The notes beneath the pieces are model-generated. The model was not told the DNA's origin. It did no database searches and saw nothing but the letters and a program-made list of their open reading frames with translations. Below, one piece after another: positions 38,173 to 48,646 of a stretch of DNA of 48,677 nucleotides; position 1 is the stretch's first letter, and the number at the start of each line of letters is the position of its first letter. The DNA comes from a virus (Duplodnaviria; Caudoviricetes), in the IMG/VR virus record IMGVR_UViG_3300012041_000027, positions 1-48,677 of that record. One strand, given 5' to 3'. A program made the position numbers and the translations under genes.

Positions 38173-39041
38173 TCGTCCTTATCTTCAGTAACAACATCCC
38201 TATGGGCACTCCAAGGTTCACCAATATGGAAGCTGTTTTGAATCTTACGTTTCATCTCCTCATCATTCTCCGAGTTACAGATTCCATTATACTGGCATTT
38301 CATACACTGTGTAATACCAGCAGGTGGAGTTTTTAAATGACTTTGCGGCCAAACATTTTCTTGAATAGCATGGTCAAGAATCTTAGCCCACATGATTGTA
38401 TTCTTAACCCAGCGTTCCTTTACTCCTTCTCCTATTCCTACAGGTACTCTTCTAAACTTCTTCTCTGGTGGATAAGACTTTTGCAGTCCTACTTCATTAA
38501 CGTAAACTAGGTTAGTTCCTGTTGCAATAGAGTAACCGATCAACTGATTATCTAATCCAATGTAATCAGCTCTTAGTCCTCTAAACTTATGATCGTAAAT
38601 TGATTCGCCAAGGCTAGGAAAGTCAGCTTGTAAATCAATCTTTCCTTCATAAACAATCACAATATCCTCATCCTCATGGAGAATGAAAGAAAATGATTGT
38701 TCAACTCCTAACACTTTAATACCATCGAAGTGGTAGTAATCAGTGTATTCGTAGAAAGTCTTTACAATCCATTCACTAGTTTGTAAGTCTAGTTTAAGAT
38801 TCTGGTAATGATTCCTACCAACAATAGCTGATTCTTTAACAGCCTCATCCCAAGCTACACCTTTCTTTAATAGCTTGTAATAAGACTCTAACATAGTATG
38901 TCCTAAATCACCACGTTCCATTGGCATCATTATATCGTTGGGACGATAATTCTTAATGAAGTTTAGGTAGGTGTAGAAAGGACATTTTTGTATGGCATCT
39001 AATATCTGTGAGTCTAATGCTAGGATTCTCTTCTCAGACAT
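38169..39041 (-). CDS. PD-(D/E)XK exonuclease (Cas4/RecB-like)
   Basis: CP, G..GH..LE, E..F..GKID..DHK..Q..GY, CxxCxxxxxC. Confidence 0.88.
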   Translation of the reverse strand: MSEKRILALDSQILDAIQKCPFYTYLNFIKNYRPNDIMMPMERGDLGHTMLESYYKLLKKGVAWDEAVKESAIVGRNHYQNLKLDLQTSEWIVKTFYEYTDYYHFDGIKVLGVEQSFSFILHEDEDIVIVYEGKIDLQADFPSLGESIYDHKFRGLRADYIGLDNQLIGYSIATGTNLVYVNEVGLQKSYPPEKKFRRVPVGIGEGVKERWVKNTIMWAKILDHAIQENVWPQSHLKTPPAGITQCMKCQYNGICNSENDEEMKRKIQNSFHIGEPWSAHRDVVTEDKDE

Positions 39042-39099
39042 ATATTAACTTTTCCTTACCGAACAAATCTTTGATATGAGAGTCTAACGTGTACGTACC

Positions 39100-39128
39100 A
39101 TTATAGCACGTTTCATAACCCTTGTCAA
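39100..39128 (-). promoter_or_regulatory. Consensus sigma70 promoter of the recombination/replication genes
   Basis: TTGACA-17 bp-TATAAT with extended TG. Confidence 0.9.
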
Positions 39129-39161
39129 GAACTTTTTTCAAACTTTCATAAACACAAATAG

Positions 39162-39196
39162 AAAAAGGGCCAGGAGAAGTTAATCTCCCAGCCCTT
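39162..39196 (-). terminator. Intrinsic terminator
   Basis: AAGGGCUGGGAGA..UCUCCUGGCCCUUUUU. Confidence 0.85.
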
Positions 39197-39219
39197 AATC
39201 TATCTAACTACTAACTAAA

Positions 39220-39837
39220 CTAGCCTTCGATTTCCTTAGCCAGCTTAGCCATCTCCTTTTCCCTAGCAGCAAGCATCAGAACCTTAACATGCTCTGCTGA
39301 TTCAACGAGAGACAAACCATAGTTCCGGTTAATCTGTCGTGCAGTCTTTTTGAAAGCTGCTTTCTGATCCTCATTCATTTCAAGATCAGCAATGAACTCA
39401 TCCAGTTCATCCTTAGCTGCTTCCAATTCATAAGCACGCTCATTGAATCCTTCAGCAAAGCAATCAAGCAAAAGCTGCTCATCTGCTTCAACCAACATCA
39501 AAGCATCCTCATACTTAGTGAGAACACCTTTCGTTACCAGTTCCCTTACCTCTTCCTTAATAGTAATGAGCTTTCCAGCCTCATCCTTTCCCAATGCTTC
39601 CCTTACTTGTTCACCATCAGCATCAAGAACAGGAGTTCCATCCTCATTAAACAGAGGCTTTGATTCCTTCTCAACCGTTCGAGTAATCCACTTACCAATT
39701 GCTTTGTAAGTGATCTTACGTGAATTCTTACCGCGAGTATTCTTGACTACTTCTACCAATTCCAAAGGAACGTAAGTCTCTTCAACGGTAGAATCATCAG
39801 CGGTAGAATCAACGACGGTTTCATTCAGGTTTTCCAT
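39220..39837 (-). CDS. Monocistronic acidic hypothetical protein
   Basis: 205 aa with its own promoter and terminator. Confidence 0.85.
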   Translation of the reverse strand: MENLNETVVDSTADDSTVEETYVPLELVEVVKNTRGKNSRKITYKAIGKWITRTVEKESKPLFNEDGTPVLDADGEQVREALGKDEAGKLITIKEEVRELVTKGVLTKYEDALMLVEADEQLLLDCFAEGFNERAYELEAAKDELDEFIADLEMNEDQKAAFKKTARQINRNYGLSLVESAEHVKVLMLAAREKEMAKLAKEIEG

Positions 39838-40003
39838 ATAGATTCTCTTATCCTTTGTGTATTTGAATCTTGATTCGGCGGAATTGCTTCATCTAAGATT
39901 CAAAATTCTAGTTTAAATCCCTAACTTTCCCTGTAGTTCCTGGCCCGGCCTTTACTGTTAACTTTTGCCTTGTCTTACCGCCGGCGCCATGCCTTGCAAG
40001 ACC

Positions 40004-40032
40004 ATTGTAGCACGCCTGAGAGCCGATGTCAA
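40004..40032 (-). promoter_or_regulatory. Sigma70 promoter
   Basis: TTGACA-17 bp-TACAAT with extended TG. Confidence 0.85.
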
Positions 40033-40143
40033 GCAAAATCGTACATCTTACCGCATTTTTTTACAGCCTATCTCACGAACTGTCCCAAAAACGGGACTGT
40101 GAGTTCATATAATAGGTTAATATATCTTTATAGCTCATTGCAA

Positions 40144-41559
40144 TTATCTCTGCTCTAAGTACAAGTCTGGGAATGTAGTAGAATACATCTCCTGTCCCAT
40201 GCTATCAGCATCAAAATGTCTAGCAAGAACCTTAGCAGTAATTCTACCAGGAGTTAAACAAATGAAAACCCAAGGCTTACCTCTAAAGTCTATGATTACA
40301 TCTCCTTCCTTAATCTCGGTTAATGTCCTTCTACTCATTGCTACGTAATTAGTTATCTCCATATCAATCTCCTTCATCTTCCATTGCTTCAAGAACTTCA
40401 ACATAATCGTTAAGTTCTGCTGGCTCTGTCAAATCATCCAACCAATAATCATCAATTGGACAGAGCTTACAATGCTCTTTATCCATGATAGAGTAATCCT
40501 CAAACTTAATTACTCTAGCATCATTAGTTGCATACGTCTCTCCTTCCCCTTTATAGAGAGTTAATCCTAGATACTTATGATGTGAACAAGGAAATAGAAT
40601 TGCTACTACATGTCCTAGCTTGGGATTCTTCTTGCTTCTGTGAACGTTAATCTCTACTATTCTAATCTGTGGTCTTTTCATAGTATCCCTTCTTCCTAAT
40701 GTAAAGTCTCACCCTTAATCAATGTCAAACCTAGCTCATCAATAGCATATTGATTTGCTTCATCAATGAGTCCTTGAACTATCTCTAACCTAGCTAGACA
40801 CAAATCCTTACACTTCAGTATTGCATCTCTCATATCATCTGAAGTTTTAGGATCGTTAGCAATCATTTCCATAACTACTGAAAGTTCATGTATCATTGAC
40901 TGATACAATGAACAAACATTAGTCAAAGAACTGACTACGTTTTTTATCGCTCGTTCGCTCATGTTCATTGATAAGCTCCTGTATAACCTGAATCCTAAGT
41001 TCTATCTGCTGTTTAGTTCTGAGGTTAAATCGCAAACCTCTCTCTAAATCAGGAGGAAATAGGTTTCTCCAGTGCTCTTTAGTAGTAGCAATGAACTTCT
41101 CAATCTCATCATCATTCATTAACCTTATCCATTTAGGCATGTTACTCCTCTTCTAGCTCATGCTGGATTTCATTCATTACTTCCTCACTAGCATGAAGTT
41201 TATCCAATTGTTCATGAACTCTTGTAAGAGCTCTACGATTAACTTGCTTCAACATATCGACAGCTTCAGCCTTTGATATTTGAAGAAGTTCCATTAGATG
41301 TTCAATGACAGCGAGAATGACTTCCTTCTTATCTTTTTCCATATTAATCTCCATATGTCTCTCTGTGAGTAAAGTCACTATCAGTTTGTTTGCACATTAA
41401 AGTACACCAAACTGACATTGGATACATCTTCATGATTGCTTCTTCGTTGTAATTCTTACAGTTCTTGTTAGCACAGATAGATTTCTTATCTCTAATAATA
41501 GGAATTCTATCTCCTGTAACAATAAACTCTTTACTCTCTTTACTAGCCATAACTACCAA
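40144..41559 (-). other. Run of six small hypothetical CDSs (40144-40404, 40364-40681, 40696-40968, 40919-41140, 41142-41378, 41344-41559)
   Basis: Tightly tiled minus-strand ORFs; starts uncertain. Confidence 0.7.
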
Positions 41560-43337
41560 CCTTTCCTTAGTTTCTTACGACCCTTTAACAGAATTGCATC
41601 ATACAACGCTGTTAGAATACTTCCTTCTTCCCAAGTAGCTTCCTTACCATCAAGAGTCTCTTTCATACTCCTTCTTTTCAACTCAACAACGTCAGTGAAA
41701 TACTCATCAATTGTATCAGTAGCAATTGGATAAGTAGCATTTACAAAATACTTCTTCTGTCCAATCCTAATCAATCGACTTTCTGCTTGCTCTTCATTAG
41801 CAGGATTCCATTGTCTCTCTGTAATAATACAATCATTACAGACTTCCTGTAATCTATCAACTCCTTCTCCCATTGCTAGGGTTGAACCGATAATGAACGG
41901 AGTATTGTTAGGCTTACCAGTCCTAGGATCTTTTCTATCAGCAAAGGTAGCAATCATCTCAAACCTTTGCGTTTGATTTAATCCTGAGTGATAGATTAGT
42001 GGGACATCGTAACCACCATCAATACACCAGTTACCCAACAGTTTATAGATAGCATCCATTACATCGGTGTGATGTGCAAAGATTACTAGCTTACCTGTTG
42101 GATTCTCTAAGAGATACTCTATTGCTAGGTCAACAGTTGGTTGAACTTTATTAAGACCAACCAAATGCCTCATTACTGATAACCTAGCGATAATCTCAGC
42201 AGGATTCTTCTTCTTAGCATCTGCTTCCATTTCTCTGATAAACTTAGCTTCTTCTGCTAGATAAGCAGCTTTCAGCTTAGGATTCTCAAAGTCAACATGG
42301 TAGAAGATTCTATTAGCTTTCGTTACCCTAAGTGCAATCTCATCTTGAACTTCTTCCCTAGTTCTCCTAATAATCATATCCTTAGTGTAGTCTGCAAACT
42401 CTTCAGGATACTTAATTCCAGTATATTTCTCGTAACCGTTAACTACTTCTTTCTTAACCCAATAATCTCTATAGTAATTCCGACTATAGAACTTGTTAGA
42501 GTTAAGAATGTGAAGAATAGTGTAATACTCATCGGCGTTATTCTTAATCGGTGTGCCTGAAAGAGCAATTACATTCTTTCCTTCACAAATCCTCTTAACT
42601 TCCTCTGTTCTTTGACTATCTCCTTTAATAGCCTGAACCTCATCCATAATGACAGTCTTAAAAGGAAAGTCATAGAATGGATTCTCTTTCCTAGTTGATT
42701 CAATCTCATGCCCATACTTAGACTTCAAGATTATGGGAGTAGACTTAGAGAATCTCCTAAGAATATCATAGGAAGCAATGTAAACGTTAAAGCCAGGAAC
42801 AGGAGGAATCTTACTATCCTCAATTACTTGTGGAAGTAAAGCCATTCCACACCAATTAAGTAATTGAATCATCCACTGGACTTTTGTGCTTCCTTTGGAG
42901 AGAATGAAAACAGGAAACACTAAATCTCTAAGCTCTGGCCGGTTCCAAGCGTAGAAAAGAATCCCTAATGCTTGAATAGTCTTACCTAAACCCTGTTCAT
43001 CTGCAATTAGAACTCTAAAAGAATTCTCAATTGCAAATCTTATTCCCCTTTCTTGAAATGGATAGGGAGTATCCTTTGTTTTCCTGTTATGAAAGACATC
43101 AGCAGAGATTTCCCTTAATGCTTTCTCTACTTGTTCTTCTTTAGCGATAATCTCAATCTTAATTTCTTCTTGAACCTTCTTAATAATCTCTTGTTCTTCT
43201 TCTACTGTTGGAGGTGTTACTACTAAATGCTTACATGACAACCTTGACAAACGGCCAATTGTAGCAACTACCTTCTTCTTAGTAAGACATTGACTACAGG
43301 TAATCAGTCTTACTTTTTTGTGTTGTAATTCTTCCAT
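41553..43337 (-). CDS. SNF2-family helicase
   Basis: PYPFQ, LIADEQGLGKT, MDEVQ, LSGTPIKN, WNPANEEQAESRLIRIGQ. Confidence 0.95.
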   Translation of the reverse strand: MEELQHKKVRLITCSQCLTKKKVVATIGRLSRLSCKHLVVTPPTVEEEQEIIKKVQEEIKIEIIAKEEQVEKALREISADVFHNRKTKDTPYPFQERGIRFAIENSFRVLIADEQGLGKTIQALGILFYAWNRPELRDLVFPVFILSKGSTKVQWMIQLLNWCGMALLPQVIEDSKIPPVPGFNVYIASYDILRRFSKSTPIILKSKYGHEIESTRKENPFYDFPFKTVIMDEVQAIKGDSQRTEEVKRICEGKNVIALSGTPIKNNADEYYTILHILNSNKFYSRNYYRDYWVKKEVVNGYEKYTGIKYPEEFADYTKDMIIRRTREEVQDEIALRVTKANRIFYHVDFENPKLKAAYLAEEAKFIREMEADAKKKNPAEIIARLSVMRHLVGLNKVQPTVDLAIEYLLENPTGKLVIFAHHTDVMDAIYKLLGNWCIDGGYDVPLIYHSGLNQTQRFEMIATFADRKDPRTGKPNNTPFIIGSTLAMGEGVDRLQEVCNDCIITERQWNPANEEQAESRLIRIGQKKYFVNATYPIATDTIDEYFTDVVELKRRSMKETLDGKEATWEEGSILTALYDAILLKGRKKLRKGW

Positions 43338-43357
43338 TTTGTTATCCTTTGGAAATG

Positions 43358-43900
43358 TTATTTCTTTCGTGCATCCATCATAGCTTTAACCCTAGCTGCT
43401 ATTTCTTCCTTAGGCGTTACCTTTTTCTTCTCAACGTTCATCAATAAAGCCATAGGATTGCTAGGTTCTGCTTCTTTCCTTACATGAGCACTACCTTTAG
43501 GAACAAATCCATCAATTGTCCCACCGTTCTTCTTATCCTTAAGCCTATCCTTAAGTGATGCTTCAAGAATATGCTTAGGAATACCTAACATGTCAGAAAC
43601 ATCAATCTTTTCTTTCTTAGGCTTAACTCTAGGCTCACCTTCCCAATTAACCTTAATGTTAGGGTCAGTGATTAGCTTATCTCTTTCTACCTTAAGCCAG
43701 GGAGCAATACCTTTTCTACCAGTAATCTTATCGTATTGCTGATGGAGTAATGCCCACTCTCTCTTAGCTAAGAACTCAATCTTAGAGATTTCAATGATTC
43801 TTGCTTCGATTTGATCCTTAGTTGTCATTGCTTCAATGGTTATGATTCTTTCTTCTAACCATTTCTTGTAAACTTCAGTGTCAATGTCGTAACTTCCCAT
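43358..43900 (-). CDS. Hypothetical protein
   Basis: AGGAG RBS, 180 aa. Confidence 0.8.
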   Translation of the reverse strand: MGSYDIDTEVYKKWLEERIITIEAMTTKDQIEARIIEISKIEFLAKREWALLHQQYDKITGRKGIAPWLKVERDKLITDPNIKVNWEGEPRVKPKKEKIDVSDMLGIPKHILEASLKDRLKDKKNGGTIDGFVPKGSAHVRKEAEPSNPMALLMNVEKKKVTPKEEIAARVKAMMDARKK

Positions 43901-44004
43901 TTGTTTTATCTCCTGCGAGTAATACCAGATACGCTGACAATCAACAGAACAAAAGACATAGTTAATATCTTCTGTTTCTACTAGACAAGTCTTGCAGTTA
44001 CCAA

Positions 44005-44217
44005 TTACCCACCATCCTTCTTTGCCTTTTTATGGATTGACTCTTGTTCTTCTATTCCATAGAATGTTGCAAGAATGTTAGCAATCACAAAGGATTTACT
44101 AACCCTGTATCTACTAGCTGTCTTTTCAACAGCATAATCAATAGACTTTAATAGGCAAGAAGGAACTGCATTTCTTCCACCTACTACTGGCTTTTGTCGC
44201 CTTACTTTGTAAGACAT
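44005..44217 (-). CDS. Ribbon-helix-helix-like DNA-binding protein
   Basis: IDYAVEKTASRYRVSKSFVIANIL. Confidence 0.6.
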   Translation of the reverse strand: MSYKVRRQKPVVGGRNAVPSCLLKSIDYAVEKTASRYRVSKSFVIANILATFYGIEEQESIHKKAKKDGG

Positions 44218-44218
44218 A

Positions 44219-45813
44219 TTATACTCCTAAAATATCATCAATTTCTTGTTGAAAGTCTAGATAAGATGTTGGATTGATTACTGATACAGTAAAATCAGTA
44301 TCCTTTAGTTGCAGAACAGTTCGCTTATAGACTGTTTCTACTTCATCATCATTACAAACACAAGATGCTTCAATATGCTTACTATGTAACCAACGAACCA
44401 ATATTACTTTCATCTTATCTCCTTATACACTAATTACAGAAATTGCATCATAGATTGTTATTGCTTCTCTGAAGCCATTCTTCCAATACCTAATGAACAG
44501 AGCATTATCAACCTTGATAAGCTCTACTACGTTCTTGTAGGTGATAACCTTGTTAGGTTCTCTGTGCCTGATAACATCAAATTCCATCATTGGAGTTCTA
44601 TTAAATCGTCCTTCTTCTTGCTCTTCATTCATTACTGTCTACCCTTTCCATCTATCATGGCATTAAGGGTCATCAATGCAACTATCTCTGCTAACTGACT
44701 TTTCTTTAACTTACTGAATTGTTTAGTTAGCTTGACTAGCACTTCTTCTCTCTTCTTGTTAGTCATCTTTTACCTCTCATAATCGAATAGTAAGTAGTTC
44801 TCGGTTGACTGATTCTCATTGCATGAGTATGGTTAGTACTTCTCTTACTCTTACAGTGACTAGAAAGTCTTTGAATTAGAGTGTTAGGTAGTGGCCCGGC
44901 TTGTACGGTAACACTTATACCTTTCTTCTTCAAATCCATTAGCTTTCTAATGATGAGGAAATCTTCCCTTGTCATTCTTTACCTCTGCTAAATAAGCATC
45001 ATTGACAATGTACTTGATTGCACAGCTTCTAGAACAGAAAGTCAGTTCTAAGACTGTTACTCCTTCTGCTACATCTTTCTCACAGGCATCACAAACTTCT
45101 ATCTCTTTTAGGCACCAAGAACAGTTAGCTTTCATCGTCCTTATCCTTTCTGTTATGAGTCATACTATCATCATACTCATTCCAAACTTCACCAAATAGT
45201 TCAAAACCTAGCTTGTGAAACTTATACATACACTTACCTTCATTCTCTAGTTTGGTAAGCATGTGCTTAAATGTTTCAATCTGCTCTTGCTTGTTCATCT
45301 TTTTCCTCTTTGATAACTTTTACATTAGAGACAATCCAACCACGCCATGCTTCTACATTACAAAACCTGTTGAAATGTGCCATATTCTGAAATCTACCAC
45401 AAAGTTCTATTTCCTTTGGGTGATTCTTGTGAATGACGTAGTACTTGATTAGTAGCATCTTATCTCCTTGAAGTTAATTCCCTTCCCTATCTCTATTCTT
45501 AAATAAAGATAGGGAAAGGAACAACCTTTCCCATTCTTCAGAACCTATGCCAAAACTTACCCGGTGTTTCTCCTTTAGGAGTCTTACTATCTCTCCTAAA
45601 GTAAACCCAACCAAAATCTTCTGTTTCCCAAATCTTGTAGAAAGAACCTTTAGCGTATTCAATACCATCAAACCAAGTATCTTCTTCTAACTCAACCCAC
45701 TTGGCATTGTCAAGATTACGCTTTTTGTTTCTAACTCCTGTAATCTGACCAAATAAACTTTCCCATGTCATTGTTTTCATAGCTAACAACCTAGTTTCCT
45801 TTCCATGTAACAA
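44219..45813 (-). other. Run of small early hypothetical CDSs (44219-44413, 44423-44632, 44763-44975, 44947-45135, 45276-45458, 45538-45813)
   Basis: Minus-strand ORFs, several with AAGGA(G/T) RBS; 44947-45135 has CxxC and FCSxxC motifs. Confidence 0.65.
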
Positions 45814-46217
45814 GTTCTTTCATAATCGTAGAACTCTTCAATAAACTCCTCTACATACTTCTTATCCTCTTTGCTTTTCCTTTCCAAAGCAGCCCAATTT
45901 ACTACAGGACTAACTCTCTTTCCATTACATTCATTACAGGTAACGTCATACTTACCTGCAAAGTAATCCTCTTCAAAATCAGGGTCATCATCAAAATCTT
46001 CTCTTGAAAGACCCTGAGAATCAATTGATGGATTAACATGCTTACCCTTACCATCGCATGTTCCACAAACCTCATATTCAGCAGGTATTCTCATTTCATA
46101 CCATTCATCTTCTTCTCTTATTGCTTCTCCTTCCTTAGCTTCTCTATCAATAATGAAAACCATGTCTCTCTCATTGAAAGACTTATACCACTTATTGTTC
46201 TGTTCTCTTCTGTCCAT
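45783..46217 (-). CDS. Protein with DnaJ-type zinc-finger repeats
   Basis: CGTCDGKG and CNECNGKR. Confidence 0.75.
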   Translation of the reverse strand: MDRREQNNKWYKSFNERDMVFIIDREAKEGEAIREEDEWYEMRIPAEYEVCGTCDGKGKHVNPSIDSQGLSREDFDDDPDFEEDYFAGKYDVTCNECNGKRVSPVVNWAALERKSKEDKKYVEEFIEEFYDYERTCYMERKLGC

Positions 46218-46343
46218 GTTAGTTCTCCTTTACAAGAATCCAGTAAATCTTAAATGCTAGAAGGTGAATAACAAACCAAGCTTTAGGATAATATTCAATT
46301 CCAATTATCCATTGCTTGGTATCGAATGAGAAATGAGTCTTTC

Positions 46344-46541
46344 TTACCACTCATCCTCTTCAATAGGTTCATCAACATCAGCTTGAGTGTAATACTCAAG
46401 AATAGTTGGGTTATACTTACTCATCTTTTCTTTGTGACATTCTCTACAAGTTCGAGTTAAGTAGATACCTCTACCATCATATTGAATCTCAGAAAACAAA
46501 CCAGAGTCACAATCACAAAGTCTATCGAAATACTCATCCAT
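46344..46541 (-). CDS. Small Cys-containing protein (start MDEYF)
   Basis: AAGGAG RBS; CDC..YDGRGIY..CREC. Confidence 0.7.
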   Translation of the reverse strand: MDEYFDRLCDCDSGLFSEIQYDGRGIYLTRTCRECHKEKMSKYNPTILEYYTQADVDEPIEEDEW

Positions 46542-46669
46542 AGTAACTCCTTTATTAAAGTGAGGGTTTTTACGTTCCAGAACCCTCAAAACTAGAGTAG
46601 TAGATTCTATAGGCTATCCATCTGCTTACACTAGGTTTATTGCGCCTATACCTTTTATTAGCTCTTATT

Positions 46670-46831
46670 CTACTTTGTATCCTTTTCTACACTAATTGGC
46701 ATTTCCTCGTAAATCCTTTCCAGAACTTCTTTCCTTAGTGCTTCAATAGCACCATCAAGATAAGACCATGTGCCAATGTGAGTATCATTGACATACACAG
46801 AATATCCTTTAACTCCTGTCAAGATTTTCAT
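46670..46831 (-). CDS. 53-aa hypothetical protein, not in ORF track
   Basis: MKILTGVKGYSVYVNDTHIG..., fills gap. Confidence 0.55.
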   Translation of the reverse strand: MKILTGVKGYSVYVNDTHIGTWSYLDGAIEALRKEVLERIYEEMPISVEKDTK

Positions 46832-46838
46832 TTCCATA

Positions 46839-47063
46839 CTATTCTTCTACTCCTTTTTCATGGCAATCGCTCTGCATATCTACTCCTTCAAAGGAAAAGA
46901 ACTGTCCTCTTTTCTTATAGTTCAATGTTGTAGATTTAGGAAAGCAAATGTAACAGCTTACCAAAACCTTCTTAACCTTAGGATTACGAAACAATCGGTG
47001 AAGTTTCCAATGTCCACCGATTACTTCTTCTCTCTTAAGAAAAGCATGTCTGTGACTAGCCAT
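46839..47063 (-). CDS. Hypothetical protein
   Basis: GAGGTG RBS. Confidence 0.65.
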   Translation of the reverse strand: MASHRHAFLKREEVIGGHWKLHRLFRNPKVKKVLVSCYICFPKSTTLNYKKRGQFFSFEGVDMQSDCHEKGVEE

Positions 47064-47067
47064 TTAA

Positions 47068-47235
47068 TCACCTCATATCAGAAAAGTAATGAAGTTTATA
47101 AACTTCCAATGAACCAGGATAGTATTTCTCATTCCTAGTAATCCAAGCCTTAGCCATATCAATAGTAGCAAAGGCATGAATATTACGGTTGAAAGCTCCA
47201 TCTTCATCAAAAAACGTTACAATCCATACAGCCAT
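47068..47235 (-). CDS. 55-aa hypothetical protein, not in ORF track
   Basis: AAGGAG RBS; MAVWIVTFFDEDG... Confidence 0.7.
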   Translation of the reverse strand: MAVWIVTFFDEDGAFNRNIHAFATIDMAKAWITRNEKYYPGSLEVYKLHYFSDMR

Positions 47236-47344
47236 ACTAAACACTCCTTTATCAAAGACCTAGACCGCCATTCCGGAGCGTATCACATTGTTAACTTAAA
47301 GTCAAATCGGCCTTTAATTTAGTTATCTTATCTATCCGCTCTAC

Positions 47345-47593
47345 TCACAGTTTGAATTTACCCAATTCCATATCTCTTGCAATACGTTCGTAAACAGTGA
47401 GTTTGCTATCTCTTTCTTTCTCTTCTTTTGTAACCCTTGATTTATAACTTTCTTCCTTTCTTACCCATTTTCTACCGAATAGTCTAATCTCTTCCTCTGT
47501 TTTTTCACCTGGACGAGTTCTAATCCTTTCTTTTGCTAATTTGTTTTGAAAATCTCTTGAAATCTTACCAAAGTAGATTCTCTTTTGTGTCAT
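47345..47593 (-). CDS. Basic hypothetical protein
   Basis: AAGGA RBS, 82 aa. Confidence 0.65.
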   Translation of the reverse strand: MTQKRIYFGKISRDFQNKLAKERIRTRPGEKTEEEIRLFGRKWVRKEESYKSRVTKEEKERDSKLTVYERIARDMELGKFKL

Positions 47594-47639
47594 CTTATAA
47601 TCCTTTTACTCTTTTCCTTTCTTAATAGTGTTATAAGCA

Positions 47640-48075
47640 GTTTAGTGAATACAGAAATTTGGTTGTTTACTGGTTACTATCTGGTTACTTACTGGTTACT
47701 TACTGGTGCTTTACTTCCCTCTAGGCTACCCGTAAGTTGTTGAGCCTGAACAAGTTAGCCGGCTTTCCCCTAGTATAGCATATTCTTATCCTTATGTCAA
47801 GTGTCCTATTTTGAGGTCAGGGGGTTGTTGGTTTTGTATTGTTTATATTTTTTTTTTGTTTTTTTATATAAAAATATAAAAACCCCACCAACCCACCATG
47901 TAAATATTACACTAATAGCATAGGGTAAGAAAGTGACGTATTCCCTCTACTTAGCTTAACTCCTTTAGAATCAACAACTTACAGCTAGTGTATAGGGAAG
48001 TAACAGGCCAGTAAATACACAGAATGTATCTAGTAAGTAACCGGAAAACAACAAAATTTATGTAACAGTGAAACT
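47640..48075. repeat. Large diverged palindrome with 11-bp tandem repeats; candidate origin
   Basis: Nested inverted blocks around an AT-rich centre near 47860. Confidence 0.75.
47772..47800 (-). promoter_or_regulatory. Sigma70 early promoter
   Basis: TTGACA-17 bp-TATACT with extended TG. Confidence 0.85.
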
Positions 48076-48175
48076 CGATAGGATAACTTATGACCTTTAT
48101 CTCTCTTATAATCTATAGGTTAATTAACAGGTTAAGTTAACTTTATAGATTAACCTATAATTTAACTTTTGAGAT

Positions 48176-48224
48176 AAAAAAATAGGGGAATCACTACCCA
48201 ATTAAGGATAGCAATTCCCCTATT
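48176..48224 (-). terminator. Intrinsic terminator closing the stem-flanked operon
   Basis: AAUAGGGGAAUUGCUAUCC-loop-GGGUAGUGAUUCCCCUAUUUUUUU; wobbles fit the minus strand. Confidence 0.85.
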
Positions 48225-48241
48225 GTGTCTCGAATACTCTC

Positions 48242-48379
48242 TCAGTATTTCTTTGCAGGAGAATATTCCACTCTCTTACTCATCTCATACCGAACCAAGC
48301 GCGGCGGATTAAATGCCCGCTTATACTTGGTTGGTATCTTTGGCAGCTTCTTAACCTCTACTCTTCCCCACTTATCCAT
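48242..48379 (-). CDS. 45-aa basic peptide, not in ORF track
   Basis: GAGGT RBS; MDKWGRVEVKKLPK... Confidence 0.55.
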   Translation of the reverse strand: MDKWGRVEVKKLPKIPTKYKRAFNPPRLVRYEMSKRVEYSPAKKY

Positions 48380-48587
48380 TGATTACCTCTTTCTTTGTGA
48401 TGGTTGCTGTTTGTGAAGTATCGCTTGGATTTGTCCACTCCTGATAGTTGGACGCATACAAGAAATGTTCATTTACGGCAAAACCAGCCCCGCGGAGATT
48501 TGCGTAAGCTGATTCGATTGAACCAAAAACGAGAGATAACCACGGCTGTTTCGTGGTGAAGAACCGGACGATGTAAACGTGCTTCAT
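48372..48587 (-). CDS. Small early hypothetical protein
   Basis: AAGGAG RBS, 71 aa. Confidence 0.8.
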   Translation of the reverse strand: MKHVYIVRFFTTKQPWLSLVFGSIESAYANLRGAGFAVNEHFLYASNYQEWTNPSDTSQTATITKKEVING

Positions 48588-48614
48588 ATACTCCTTTCGT
48601 GTTAGTTGTTTAAA

Positions 48615-48645
48615 ACTAGTGAGCTTATTTAGTGGCCTAATCCTG
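48615..48645 (-). repeat. 3' arm of long-range stem 3 (pairs with 240-271 across the junction)
   Basis: Near reverse complement of 240-271. Confidence 0.9.
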
Positions 48646-48646
48646 A

